Shown one piece after another: positions 30,018 to 39,697 of a stretch of DNA of 57,191 nucleotides. The stretch spans positions 1-57,191 of IMG/VR virus record IMGVR_UViG_3300028394_000089; one strand, given 5' to 3'. The notes under the pieces are model-generated. The model had not been told where the DNA came from. It worked only from the letters and a program-made list of their open reading frames with translations, and did not search any database. The position numbers and the translations under genes were made by a program. Each line of letters starts with the position of its first letter. Position 1 is the stretch's first letter. Source of the DNA: a virus. Taxonomy: Duplodnaviria > Caudoviricetes.

Positions 30018-31163
30018 ATGAAAAAATTCTTTAAATTACCTAAAAATAAAACTCCAGAGATAACTTTGGCAGGACTTTTTAGTTCTGAATTTGTCAACCC
30101 ATTAGCTTTAATTTCCGCGCTGTATGGCGGAAGCCTTCCAAGTTATAAAAGATATCGTGAAAATTTTTATAAGGATAAAGCTATTGATTATTTGATTAGT
30201 AATGGTGCGGAAATAATTCAAACAGCCGAAGAAATTCAAATTTCAAAAAAAGTTCAAGATGATGAGGATGGTTTTGTTATCGGTGAGGATTTTATAATTC
30301 CTAATATGGATAATGAGGAGGGCTATTTATTTTTTTATAAAGATAATTTTATTCAGTTAGTCGTTAATGATACAAAAAAAGATAAAGATAAATGTAAATT
30401 ATCATTTTACTACCCAAACGATCACGAATGTATAAGCGAAGAGTTTCATAAATTTTTGGTAATAGACAATTCACCGAATATCTTTATGGTGAATCAAGAG
30501 TATGGACAATTTACATTTTCAAAATTCAATATTAATTTGCCAGATACATTTAATCTTGCTTTAAATTATGGAGATGATTTCCCAGAAATTAATGATAAAT
30601 TGATTGATGCCTTACATGATAATTACTCTGGACTTTATATGTTGCACGGACTTCCAGGAACTGGAAAAACAACTTATATACGTTATTTAGCATCTGTTTT
30701 AAAGAAGGATGTAATGTTTTTTCCGACTTCATTTGTGAACGAGATTACAAATCCAGCTATTTTAAATCTTCTTCGTAAGAAACAGGAGTGCGTTCTTATT
30801 TTAGAAGATGCCGAAAAAGCTTTAACTAAACGTACTTTATCAGATGAGCCTTCATTAGTGTCTACACTTTTAAATATGACAGATGGTATTCTTGGCGACA
30901 TTCTCAAATTAAATGTTATAGTAACTTATAATTGTGATCGGCAAGATATTGACGAAGCCCTATTAAGAAAAGGGCGTTTGAAAGCTGAATATTCTTTCCA
31001 GGGTCTCGAAAAGAAACACGCTAAAAAACTTATTGATCATTTAAATTTAGATATTGAAGCCAAAGACGGGATGACTTTAGCAGATCTTTATTATGCTAAA
31101 AGTGATGAAAAACTGATTGGGAATGTAAAGTATCTTGAGAAACCCGCTATAGGATTTAAATAA
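30018..31163 (+). CDS. AAA+ ATPase
   Basis: HGLPGTGKT, LILEDAE, LLN.TDG, ALLRKGRL. Confidence 0.9.
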   Translation: MKKFFKLPKNKTPEITLAGLFSSEFVNPLALISALYGGSLPSYKRYRENFYKDKAIDYLISNGAEIIQTAEEIQISKKVQDDEDGFVIGEDFIIPNMDNEEGYLFFYKDNFIQLVVNDTKKDKDKCKLSFYYPNDHECISEEFHKFLVIDNSPNIFMVNQEYGQFTFSKFNINLPDTFNLALNYGDDFPEINDKLIDALHDNYSGLYMLHGLPGTGKTTYIRYLASVLKKDVMFFPTSFVNEITNPAILNLLRKKQECVLILEDAEKALTKRTLSDEPSLVSTLLNMTDGILGDILKLNVIVTYNCDRQDIDEALLRKGRLKAEYSFQGLEKKHAKKLIDHLNLDIEAKDGMTLADLYYAKSDEKLIGNVKYLEKPAIGFK

Positions 31164-31164
31164 T

Positions 31165-31302
31165 ATGAAAAAGAAAACCGTAATAAGCCCCAATAGAATA
31201 GTAAGAAAGAAAAAGTCAACAAAAATTGATCCACCAAAATCTTCGCTGGAAAAATGGTCTTTGTGGCTTACCTCCAAATTAAACTATCTATTTGGTAAGT
31301 AA
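31165..31302 (+). CDS. small hypothetical protein (45 aa, not in the ORF track)
   Basis: ATG..TAA fills the gap exactly; TAATG coupling to the next gene. Confidence 0.55.
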   Translation: MKKKTVISPNRIVRKKKSTKIDPPKSSLEKWSLWLTSKLNYLFGK

Positions 31303-31964
31303 TGATACTTGTTATTTCAGACATACATCTTGGTAGCCCAATTTGTCAAGCTGAACTAACATTAAAGGTATTAGAAGACTCCGAATACGATAAATTAATT
31401 GTTTGTGGGGATATTTTAGATTCCTATAATATCCATAGACTTTGCAAAAAGCAATGGAAAGTTTTGTCTGCTTTGAGAAAAATATCAAAAACTAAAGAAT
31501 GTATTTTTATAAAAGGTAATCACGACCAACATTTAGAAACTATTAGTGCGCTGCTAGGTTTTGATTTTAAACTTGAGCATATAGAAACTATAAATTCTAA
31601 AAAGTTTTATTTTGCTCATGGTGATAGATGGGATTATCTTATACAGTTAAAACCTTATCTTGCAGAGGTCGGAGCTGCAATTTATTACTTTCTTCAAAAG
31701 TTGGATAAAAAACAAACGTATACAAGAAAATTAAAAAAGACTATAAAAACTTGGAGATCTTCTGCCGATAAAGTCATGCAAAGAATAGCGCATCATGGAA
31801 AAGATTTAGGTTGTAATACTGTTGTATTTGGACATACTCATATGCCAGAATATAAAATGATTGATGGGATCGAGTGCGTTAATCTTGGCTCGCAATGTGA
31901 TTTACCAGTAACTTACGCAATTATAAATAGTGCTGGATATATTCAATTGCAAAGTAAAGAATAA
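31302..31964 (+). CDS. metallophosphoesterase, LpxH (UDP-2,3-diacylglucosamine hydrolase)-like
   Basis: SDIHLG, GDILD, GNHD, HGD..D, GHTH, NLG. Confidence 0.82.
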   Translation: MILVISDIHLGSPICQAELTLKVLEDSEYDKLIVCGDILDSYNIHRLCKKQWKVLSALRKISKTKECIFIKGNHDQHLETISALLGFDFKLEHIETINSKKFYFAHGDRWDYLIQLKPYLAEVGAAIYYFLQKLDKKQTYTRKLKKTIKTWRSSADKVMQRIAHHGKDLGCNTVVFGHTHMPEYKMIDGIECVNLGSQCDLPVTYAIINSAGYIQLQSKE

Positions 31965-32004
31965 AAACAGTTGATTCGGACGCAAAATATGATATAAAAG
32001 AAAT

Positions 32005-32790
32005 ATGAAGACCCTTGTTATCCCAGACGTTCACCAAGATATAGAGGGTGTTTTAAAAATATTTAAGGCTGAAGACATAGATTCTTTTGATGAAATCATT
32101 TTTTTGGGCGATTGGTTCGATTCTTTTCACGAGCCGCCTAGAGTCGCTAGCTTTAAAGATACCTGCTTGTTTTTAAGGGATCTGGTTTGGAGGAATAAAA
32201 ATAGTAAAATAATTTTTCTTGTTGGAAACCATGATCTTGCTTATATTTATAATAATAAAAAAAGTGGCTATACTAGTGTTGCGCCAAGTATAACCTATTG
32301 GTGTTCAGGAGTTACTAAAAGTAAAATTAGTACTTTTCGTCAAGTCTTTTACGATAAAGGTCTTAAAGATGACTGGTTTGTAAAAAATTTCAAAATTGCA
32401 CACTGTTCACAGGGGTGGATCTTTTCTCATGCTGGAATGGTTAATAGTCAGATACCATATGGTCATACCGTAAACCAGGTAGTTGATGAAGTTATACCAG
32501 ATGTTTGGCTTAACTTTAGAAACGTTGCTTACTGTCAGAATGCATTAATTTCTGCTATAGGTATTGCTCGCGGCGGTCAAGACAATACTGGTGGACTTTT
32601 ATGGCTTGATTACTATAATGAGTTTTTTGCTTCTCCAGATATTGGAAGGCAGGTTTTTGGACACAGTTATGTTCCAGAGCCAACCGCTACAGCATTAAAC
32701 ACTGAATATGAAAGTTGGAATCTTGATACTAATCTTAAAGACTATGCTATTATTCGTGATGGCCGTTTAACAACTCGTCGAATAACATGA
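32005..32790 (+). CDS. calcineurin-like metallophosphoesterase
   Basis: PDVH, GDWFD, GNHD, SHAG, QVFGHS. Confidence 0.88.
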   Translation: MKTLVIPDVHQDIEGVLKIFKAEDIDSFDEIIFLGDWFDSFHEPPRVASFKDTCLFLRDLVWRNKNSKIIFLVGNHDLAYIYNNKKSGYTSVAPSITYWCSGVTKSKISTFRQVFYDKGLKDDWFVKNFKIAHCSQGWIFSHAGMVNSQIPYGHTVNQVVDEVIPDVWLNFRNVAYCQNALISAIGIARGGQDNTGGLLWLDYYNEFFASPDIGRQVFGHSYVPEPTATALNTEYESWNLDTNLKDYAIIRDGRLTTRRIT

Positions 32791-33371
32791 ATAAAAATAT
32801 ACAAAAATTACTTGCAGATGTATCTATGCAATGCGTAGAGCATAAAATTAACTTTCGCTTGGAATATAAAAGTCAAGTGGACGAAGAGAATATGCCTTGT
32901 AGCGGATATTTTGATGAGGATAGCCTTGTGGTCGCAACCAAAAAGAAAAAAATGGAAGATTGGATAGACGTTCTTGTACATGAGTCTTGCCATTTAGATC
33001 AATTTCTTGCTGGCTCAAAAGTTTGGACTCCAGACTCAGAAGCTTTAAATATTGTTGAAGATTGGATTCATGGTAAAAATATTAAGAACAAAAAACTTAT
33101 TAAAGGATTTAGAAATGCTCTTGAGTTGGAATTAGACTGCGAAAAAAGAAGCGTCCAAAAAATAAAAAAATATAAGCTGCCTATTGATAGTAAAAAATAT
33201 ATACAAAAAGCTAACGCCTACTTGTTTTCTTACTTATATGCTTACGTTAAAAAAGCTTGGTATCCCAAACCCTATGAAAATCCTAAAATTTATTTGAACA
33301 TGCCGAAAGAATTTTTAAGTCTTGACGAGTATTTTACTTTAAGTACCCCATATTTTAAATATTTTTCTTGA
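32787..33371 (+). CDS. HExxH putative metalloprotein
   Basis: VHESCHLDQ...ELDCE. Confidence 0.65.
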   Translation: MNKNIQKLLADVSMQCVEHKINFRLEYKSQVDEENMPCSGYFDEDSLVVATKKKKMEDWIDVLVHESCHLDQFLAGSKVWTPDSEALNIVEDWIHGKNIKNKKLIKGFRNALELELDCEKRSVQKIKKYKLPIDSKKYIQKANAYLFSYLYAYVKKAWYPKPYENPKIYLNMPKEFLSLDEYFTLSTPYFKYFS

Positions 33372-33372
33372 T

Positions 33373-33627
33373 ATGATAACCTATACAAAAATTAAATTTC
33401 CTAAAGTTTATTATTCAAACATAAAATACTTTTCCGAACAAGTTAAAAATTTTGGAGGAAGTCCGCTTTACTATATGGAAAATTATAGGGATTTTATTTT
33501 GCAACTCTCTAATCATAAAATAAAATTAAATAAGACGTATTTAAATGATTCACTAGATATAAAAGATTTTTTACTAAATATGGACAATATAATTAAATAT
33601 TATGTAGCAGAAGGGTTTATTGAATGA
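33373..33627 (+). CDS. hypothetical protein
   Basis: 84-aa ORF. Confidence 0.6.
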   Translation: MITYTKIKFPKVYYSNIKYFSEQVKNFGGSPLYYMENYRDFILQLSNHKIKLNKTYLNDSLDIKDFLLNMDNIIKYYVAEGFIE

Positions 33628-33800
33628 TAAAAACTCGTTTTTTAACAACATTAAGGCTCGGCAAATACTCATTACAATTGTGGCGAAAGGGTAGTCATAT
33701 GAAATCTTTTCAATTCTATAACTTTAATAATCGTTATTTTAGAAAAATGAGCGTATACTTGCCTTTAGTAATAATTGAATTAAGTTATATGAAACCATGA
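33624..33800 (+). CDS. small hypothetical protein (58 aa, not in the ORF track)
   Basis: ATGA overlap at both ends. Confidence 0.55.
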   Translation: MIKTRFLTTLRLGKYSLQLWRKGSHMKSFQFYNFNNRYFRKMSVYLPLVIIELSYMKP

Positions 33801-34159
33801 ATAACGAAATTATAGATTTATATACAGCTGTATTAAATAATTTAAAAAATTCTATTGATCCTAATTTTAGAAATGAATTATTAAAAGAACGACAAATTGA
33901 AAGTTTAGATGTAAGATGGAAACAGGCGCGCATAAATATTCAAAAATATATTGAGAATGTTAAAAATCACCATCCACAAATTGATAATGTTATATCATAT
34001 CATGGTTATTTTCTTTATGAGGATATTGCTGCTATTTTTCTAGATTTAATCTGGCAAGATTTACATAATAAATTAGAGATAAAAGACACTATTTTTTACT
34101 ATAAGACATACAAGATTCAAATTTGCAATAGAAATCTATTGACATACCATTCAAATTAG
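33797..34159 (+). CDS. hypothetical protein
   Basis: 120-aa ORF. Confidence 0.65.
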   Translation: MNNEIIDLYTAVLNNLKNSIDPNFRNELLKERQIESLDVRWKQARINIQKYIENVKNHHPQIDNVISYHGYFLYEDIAAIFLDLIWQDLHNKLEIKDTIFYYKTYKIQICNRNLLTYHSN

Positions 34160-34167
34160 AAGATAAT
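34139..34167 (+). promoter_or_regulatory. sigma70-like promoter, leaderless
   Basis: TTGACA-17-GATAAT, ATG 6 nt downstream. Confidence 0.7.
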
Positions 34168-34173
34168 AAGATT

Positions 34174-34467
34174 ATGGATAAATATAAAAAAGTTCAAGAA
34201 AAGCGCGACACGTTCATTCAATTTTCTGAAGAGGAAGTAGAGGAAATGGGTTGGGAACAAAATCAAAAACTTTCTGTTCAAATCACAGATGACGGCACAG
34301 TTACTCTTCAACCATATGCAAAAATGGAAATTGAAATTGGAGAATGGTCGCGTGAAATGCTAGAATATCTTGTTGGCGAATCGTGTGATCGTGACGTTTC
34401 AGTCAATGACATTATAACTGAAGTCTTAACCCAATATATTAAAGATAATGAATCCGTACAAGATTAA
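34174..34467 (+). CDS. AbrB/MazE-like DNA-binding protein with a possible C-terminal ribbon-helix-helix
   Basis: FIQF.....EEMGW....L......G.V.L pattern; SVN.II tail. Confidence 0.55.
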   Translation: MDKYKKVQEKRDTFIQFSEEEVEEMGWEQNQKLSVQITDDGTVTLQPYAKMEIEIGEWSREMLEYLVGESCDRDVSVNDIITEVLTQYIKDNESVQD

Positions 34468-34720
34468 AAATCAAAATAGTCATACTTATAAAGTAGTATT
34501 CGAGAATCCAACTGTTGGAGATCAAACATTTCCCACTGTAAATATTGAAATTTCTTCTGAAGCAACTATTACTGATCATTTATATGCTTTTGAAAGATTT
34601 TTAGAAGGAATGGGGTACGTTCTTCCAGAAAACGCTTCTCTTGATTTTGTGGAAGAGGAAATAGAATCTAGAGACGATATTACTACAGACTCTATAGACC
34701 AAATGAATGGATTAAATTAA
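34448..34720 (+). CDS. hypothetical phage protein
   Basis: FE.FL.G.GY motif. Confidence 0.7.
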   Translation: MNPYKIKNQNSHTYKVVFENPTVGDQTFPTVNIEISSEATITDHLYAFERFLEGMGYVLPENASLDFVEEEIESRDDITTDSIDQMNGLN

Positions 34721-34722
34721 TT

Positions 34723-35313
34723 ATGGGAATGTTCGATTCAATACGTTGCGATTATCCATTACCTCTTCCATTAGAGGTCGTAGATAAACTACCAGACATT
34801 TATGAAAAAGAGTTTCAAACAAAAGACTTTGAAAATCTTTTAGACTATTATATTCTTACTGAAGAAGGTGAGATTCTTTTTCATCAGAAAAAATACGAAT
34901 GGCGCGATGACGATAGTTCCTTTCTAAAAGGGTACATGGAAGTTATTGAAGAGGAAATTATTCCACATCCTTTTCACGGGTTACTAAATTTTTATTCTTA
35001 TGAAACTGTTTACTCAGATACATCTAGATTAAGTGGTTACGATATCTCTATAGATTATATGGCTAAATTTAATAATGGTCGTTTGGATTCTATAGAAGTC
35101 CTTGAATATAAGATAGAAGACGCTACAGAAAGATTAGTAGAATTAGACAAGTTCTTTAAAAAACAACAGCTTATTCGCAATTTTTGGTATAATAAATACA
35201 TTTTTAATACTACTGCTTGGAATTGGTTTAAAAAGAAAGTTTTAATTTTACCAATCAATAAGGCTATTAAAGCACTTACAAAATTTGAGAGTTTAATTTG
35301 GAGGCATCTATAG
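34723..35313 (+). CDS. hypothetical phage protein
   Basis: MGMFD.I.C..PLP...FQTKD motif. Confidence 0.75.
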   Translation: MGMFDSIRCDYPLPLPLEVVDKLPDIYEKEFQTKDFENLLDYYILTEEGEILFHQKKYEWRDDDSSFLKGYMEVIEEEIIPHPFHGLLNFYSYETVYSDTSRLSGYDISIDYMAKFNNGRLDSIEVLEYKIEDATERLVELDKFFKKQQLIRNFWYNKYIFNTTAWNWFKKKVLILPINKAIKALTKFESLIWRHL

Positions 35314-35355
35314 GCCATTAAGAGTCATAATTAATATTTAAGTGTATATATAAAT

Positions 35356-35769
35356 ATGCCATTTACGACTACAGTCACGACTACCGCCTCTAATAATTTA
35401 GACTACACTTATAGTTACAGTAATTCAATTTCCGCATCTGCAAAATTATCAGTTAATGAGTCGATTCCATCTGGAACTACAAATAATTTTTCTAATTTTA
35501 CTTTTAACACTGGTAGTGGGGTATTTTTAGCAATGGCTTCTGATGTTAGTACTTATAATTTAAAAATAAAAACAAATAGTTCCACAACACCAATTAATTA
35601 TTTTAATATTTCTTCTACTGGTAATTTAGTTTATTTTAATTTAGGTAGCGCCACAGACTCTTCTGGTGTTTTGATAAAAAATATTAGTGGAATTTATATT
35701 GATAATACTGGGACTAGTGTTGCTTCTTTAAGGATCGATTCTTTATTCGATACGACACCTTCTATATAG
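35356..35769 (+). CDS. S/T-rich beta protein, possibly virion-associated
   Basis: Composition; preceded by GTGTATA. Confidence 0.6.
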   Translation: MPFTTTVTTTASNNLDYTYSYSNSISASAKLSVNESIPSGTTNNFSNFTFNTGSGVFLAMASDVSTYNLKIKTNSSTTPINYFNISSTGNLVYFNLGSATDSSGVLIKNISGIYIDNTGTSVASLRIDSLFDTTPSI

Positions 35770-35818
35770 TAGTCAAAATTTAATTGATTTTTAGGGTGGT
35801 ACGTCCATATTATTCAAT

Positions 35819-36646
35819 ATGGTCATAGATATTTTAAATAAGTTTAAATCACATCCATTTATTTCGGAAAAAGCTAGTTTAGAAATATATTCAGACCCTT
35901 TTCCGCATATTGTTATCAAAAATTTATTAAAAGATAACATTTACGAATCTTTAAGTAAAGATTTTAAAAAATATATAGATGCTACACCAAAATTCGGTAA
36001 AATTGGAGACACCAATGTAACTTATAATGCAAAAATTTATTCTATAAAAGAAGACGATTGCAAAAATGGTTATGAATTTTTTGTGAGCCCCTTTTGGAAA
36101 GATTTTGTAAGCTTTTTATTCAAAATTGAATTTAATCAGCATATAGCTTATAGTCTTCATTATCACGAGCCTAATACTAGCGATGGTCATCCGCATAAAG
36201 ATTTGAGTATTTGTTCAGCTATTACGGATAACTCTAAAAAAGTAAAAATTACTGGAGACTGTATATACGCTGATGACTCTAAATACAAACAGCCACATAC
36301 TGAAAAAATAATGAGAAGCGTTGCTGGGTTATATTATTTTAATAATGATACCGATGGTAGTGACGAAATGGGTGGTGGAACTGCAATTTATAAAAATTAT
36401 GATTATGAATTAGAAAAAATAATTCAGCCAATAAATAATAGTTTTTTTATGTTTCAAATCGGCCCTAAGTCTTTTCATGGGTTTAAAAAGTCTAAATTTT
36501 ATCGTTCTGCAATGGTTCAATGGTTTCATTCAAATTTAGAATATTATATAAGAACAAATCGTGATGAATTTAAAAAGCACGGGTTATTAATAGAAAATTC
36601 TTTTGAAAGATGGATTCCTAATGAAGAGTTATGTGATTTGCCCTAA
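35819..36646 (+). CDS. 2OG-Fe(II) oxygenase
   Basis: DPFPH.VI, HxD (HKD), GGGT, SFHG, distal R. Confidence 0.85.
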   Translation: MVIDILNKFKSHPFISEKASLEIYSDPFPHIVIKNLLKDNIYESLSKDFKKYIDATPKFGKIGDTNVTYNAKIYSIKEDDCKNGYEFFVSPFWKDFVSFLFKIEFNQHIAYSLHYHEPNTSDGHPHKDLSICSAITDNSKKVKITGDCIYADDSKYKQPHTEKIMRSVAGLYYFNNDTDGSDEMGGGTAIYKNYDYELEKIIQPINNSFFMFQIGPKSFHGFKKSKFYRSAMVQWFHSNLEYYIRTNRDEFKKHGLLIENSFERWIPNEELCDLP

Positions 36647-36671
36647 ATTTTAATCATTACAAAAATAATTA

Positions 36672-37172
36672 ATGTTTTTTTATTTACAATGTATAGTTGG
36701 AATCATAATGTTTTTTATGTTAGTTTTTATGAGAGGGTCCGTTGAAAATCCAATTTATAGTATATTAAAATTAGGCAATACAAAATTAGATAAAATAGTT
36801 ACAGAATTAAGATTTTATATACCGTGGATATTATTTATGAGCATGAATAATCAATTTATGGATATTAAAATTACTTCCATTTCTAATAAAAGTACTTATA
36901 CATGGTATTTACGTAAAGATAAACGGGTGGGTAATTATAAATTTAATAATGATCTAACATCTCTAACTTTAACTTTTTATTACTTATGGTTTCAAAATTT
37001 TTTAAATAATTTTATAGAGTTAGAAATACAAAAATTTTATAAAAATAAAGATGAAATTTGTAATTTTATTAAAATTGAAAAACATTGGTTTAACTCTTTT
37101 AATGAAGAAAGTTTATCTATTCGAAATAATCCAATAAGAATAGAACAAATATCGGAATGGAAATATGATTAG
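36672..37172 (+). CDS. membrane-anchored partner of the HTTM protein (SdpA/DUF5819-like candidate)
   Basis: N-terminal TM, W.LF motif, overlaps the HTTM gene. Confidence 0.45.
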   Translation: MFFYLQCIVGIIMFFMLVFMRGSVENPIYSILKLGNTKLDKIVTELRFYIPWILFMSMNNQFMDIKITSISNKSTYTWYLRKDKRVGNYKFNNDLTSLTLTFYYLWFQNFLNNFIELEIQKFYKNKDEICNFIKIEKHWFNSFNEESLSIRNNPIRIEQISEWKYD

Positions 37173-38025
37173 TTTTTTAGAAATTTTAAATTTTTTATTT
37201 AATTATGAAATATACTCATCTTTCGCCTGTGTTTTGAGAATTATTTCAACGGGTTATTTATTATTTTGTTTATTTTGGATTAGAAAAGACGCTTGGAATT
37301 TTTCGTCTCCAAACGGACCATTCGGAAATAATGACTATAAAAATTTTGCTAAGCAATTTAATTTCCAATTATCATTATTTAGTATTTTTAATGATAGATT
37401 TCCTGCTCAAAAATTTATTTTTATAAGTTTTTATATTTCTGGACTCTTTTCTTTAATTGGATTTTTTACAAATATATCTCTGTTTGTATTTTTAATAATG
37501 TTAATGTCAATACAAAATAGAATTTTACCTATTATTTATAGTGCGGCAGATAGTATTTCAAGAATATTAATCATATGTTTAGCTATAACTGACTGTGGAT
37601 CACAATATTCGCTTGATAATATATTAGGATTATCTTCTAATCAAAATATCATTAATGGAACTGGGATTAGGGTTTTACAAATTAGTATTTGTATGATTTA
37701 TTTTTGGTCTTCTGTTTATAAATTAAGAGATACTTACTGGTTAGATGGTGAAACTATTAAAAATGCTATTGCTACACCGATTTGGGGTACGAGATGGTGT
37801 TTAAAATTTTGGCAGAAAAATATTGTTTCTAAATCTATAACATGGTCTGTATTGATATTTGAATATTTTGCCCCAGCCCTATTCTTCATTAAAGAAACTA
37901 GAAATTTTGCTATTATATATGCAATATTGATGCATGTTTGTATTACAATATTTATGAGAATTGGATATTTTGGTCCTATAATGATAATATCTGTATTAAG
38001 TTTTTGTAACGATTTTTTTAAATGA
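37165..38025 (+). CDS. HTTM-domain membrane protein (vitamin-K-dependent carboxylase/SdpB-like)
   Basis: LRI, LIG..T, R, SLD, Q...IY..S..KL...W.DG, E, H....M.IG.F; multiple TMs. Confidence 0.8.
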   Translation: MISFLEILNFLFNYEIYSSFACVLRIISTGYLLFCLFWIRKDAWNFSSPNGPFGNNDYKNFAKQFNFQLSLFSIFNDRFPAQKFIFISFYISGLFSLIGFFTNISLFVFLIMLMSIQNRILPIIYSAADSISRILIICLAITDCGSQYSLDNILGLSSNQNIINGTGIRVLQISICMIYFWSSVYKLRDTYWLDGETIKNAIATPIWGTRWCLKFWQKNIVSKSITWSVLIFEYFAPALFFIKETRNFAIIYAILMHVCITIFMRIGYFGPIMIISVLSFCNDFFK

Positions 38026-38603
38026 AAATATTAATATTAGGTGGAACATTATTCGTCGGAAAACATTTTGCCAAAGTTCTTAAAGATAAAGGCTATGATA
38101 TTACTTTAGCTAATCGGGGCATTTCTGGAGAAGTCAATATCAAAATAGACAGGAATAACATTGATACATGCAAAAATTTAAATAACAATTATTACGATAT
38201 TATAATAGATTTTTCATGCTATAATTTGGAGCAATTAATTAATACTCTTAATTATGTAAAATTTGATAAATATATATTTATATCGACTAGTGGTGTAGAT
38301 TTCCTACCCTTTCATAATGTCGCGCCAGAACATTACGAAATGGCTATGTATATTTTTAATAAAAAGAAATGTGAAGATTATATAGTAAAAAATATTTCTA
38401 ATCATACAATAATTCGCCCATGTTATATTGTTGGTGAAGGGGACTATACAAATCGTTTTTATAAAAATGGAAATAAGTATTATTGGAATGATGGAAAAGA
38501 ATTAACTTTTTATATTGAAGTAGGTAAGTTTAGTAGTATAATTTTTAATAGTTTTAAAAATAAAGGAGCTAATATTATTAGTCCCTGTAAAGAATTGAAT
38601 TAA
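38022..38603 (+). CDS. short NAD-dependent epimerase/reductase (atypical SDR)
   Basis: ILGGTLFVG, NRG, YIFIST, Y...K..CE, IRP..I.G..D. Confidence 0.82.
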   Translation: MKILILGGTLFVGKHFAKVLKDKGYDITLANRGISGEVNIKIDRNNIDTCKNLNNNYYDIIIDFSCYNLEQLINTLNYVKFDKYIFISTSGVDFLPFHNVAPEHYEMAMYIFNKKKCEDYIVKNISNHTIIRPCYIVGEGDYTNRFYKNGNKYYWNDGKELTFYIEVGKFSSIIFNSFKNKGANIISPCKELN

Positions 38604-38608
38604 AAAAT

Positions 38609-39199
38609 ATGAAACGTAAAGATTGTATTGGTAAAACATTTAATCATTTAACTATTTTAGAAGTGCTTCCGAATGATAAAGTAAAATGTCAATGTACTTG
38701 TGGTACATTAAAATTATTTAATTGGCGAGATATTCGTAGGGGGAGAACCAAAGGTTGTGGTTGTCGCCGCAATACACCAGAATTAAGAGCCTTAGCAAAG
38801 GAAAGGGCAATAGATCTTCAAAAGAAGGGTATATTAAAACGTGGTTATGTTGGAAAAGATGCCAAATGTCCATTTAAATATATTTTACGTACGTTAAATA
38901 AGCCAAATAGAAAACCATGTAATTTAAAAATAGAGCATTTAAAAAAAATTTGGGAAGAAAGCGGTGGAGTTTGTTCATATACAAAAATTAAATTAATTTT
39001 ACCAATTGGATCTGCAAATCCGAATCCCGCAATTTCATATAAAATGGCATCGATAGACAGGATTGATTCTTCAAAAGGGTATGAGCTTGGAAATATTCAA
39101 TACGTTAGTCGTAATATAAATTATGCGAAAGGAATCCTTACTCATCAACAGATGTTAGATTTTATGAATCTTATTAAAGAAGTGGACGTGAGGGGCTAA
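38609..39199 (+). CDS. free-standing HNH-type (homing) endonuclease
   Basis: FNHLT.L, CxCxCG...GCGC N-terminal module; C.YT, SIDRIDSSKGY..GNIQ.V...N..K nuclease module. Confidence 0.8.
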   Translation: MKRKDCIGKTFNHLTILEVLPNDKVKCQCTCGTLKLFNWRDIRRGRTKGCGCRRNTPELRALAKERAIDLQKKGILKRGYVGKDAKCPFKYILRTLNKPNRKPCNLKIEHLKKIWEESGGVCSYTKIKLILPIGSANPNPAISYKMASIDRIDSSKGYELGNIQYVSRNINYAKGILTHQQMLDFMNLIKEVDVRG

Positions 39200-39450
39200 T
39201 TTAAAAACTAATTTCTTAGTATATTCATTAAAGAATATTTAAATTGTGGACTATATCTTCATCTGATTAGTTATATCAGAGCTGGACGCTAATCTGGTTA
39301 TTAAGAGGGCTTTACCTCTCCAGTAGTCTCTGAACCTTCTAAAAATGTATTTTTAGCTTGGCTGCTGATTGGCATATCATATTTTATGATTTAGCTTTCC
39401 AGCAATTCATCCAGTTTTAATCGAAGCATCACTGCTAAGTCAACCCATTG
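39196..39450 (-). mobile_element. group I self-splicing intron (255 nt, ORF-less) in the tmRNA T-loop
   Basis: 5' exon ends in U with a U:G P1 pair (TCAACT/GGTTGA); P AATTGCTGGAAA (39407-39396), Q AATCAGCAGCC (39370-39360), R GTTCAGAGACTA (39335-39324), S AAGATATAGTCC (39259-39248); terminal G at 39196. Confidence 0.92.
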
Positions 39451-39697
39451 AGTTGAACCCCTGTCCATTTAATTTATATTAAAAGGTCTACATGTTTTAG
39501 TTTCTTTAGCATTTTAGCCACCATACGGTAACTTGGACTTTTAGGCTGCTTGGCGACACTAACCTTAGTTTTAAGTCTGCCTATAGATTATTATCGCAAA
39601 TCTACATACGGAGGATTTTTTTTGTTACATTGATATAGTCCACAATTCAATAACCTCTGCTATCAATTAACCCTTAGAGGATCTAGGTTAAAGGATC

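Noticed and set aside
39632-39647. Second group I intron on the + strand (contains GATATAGTCC)
   Set aside because: No accompanying P, Q or R elements on that strand; treated as an antisense element instead
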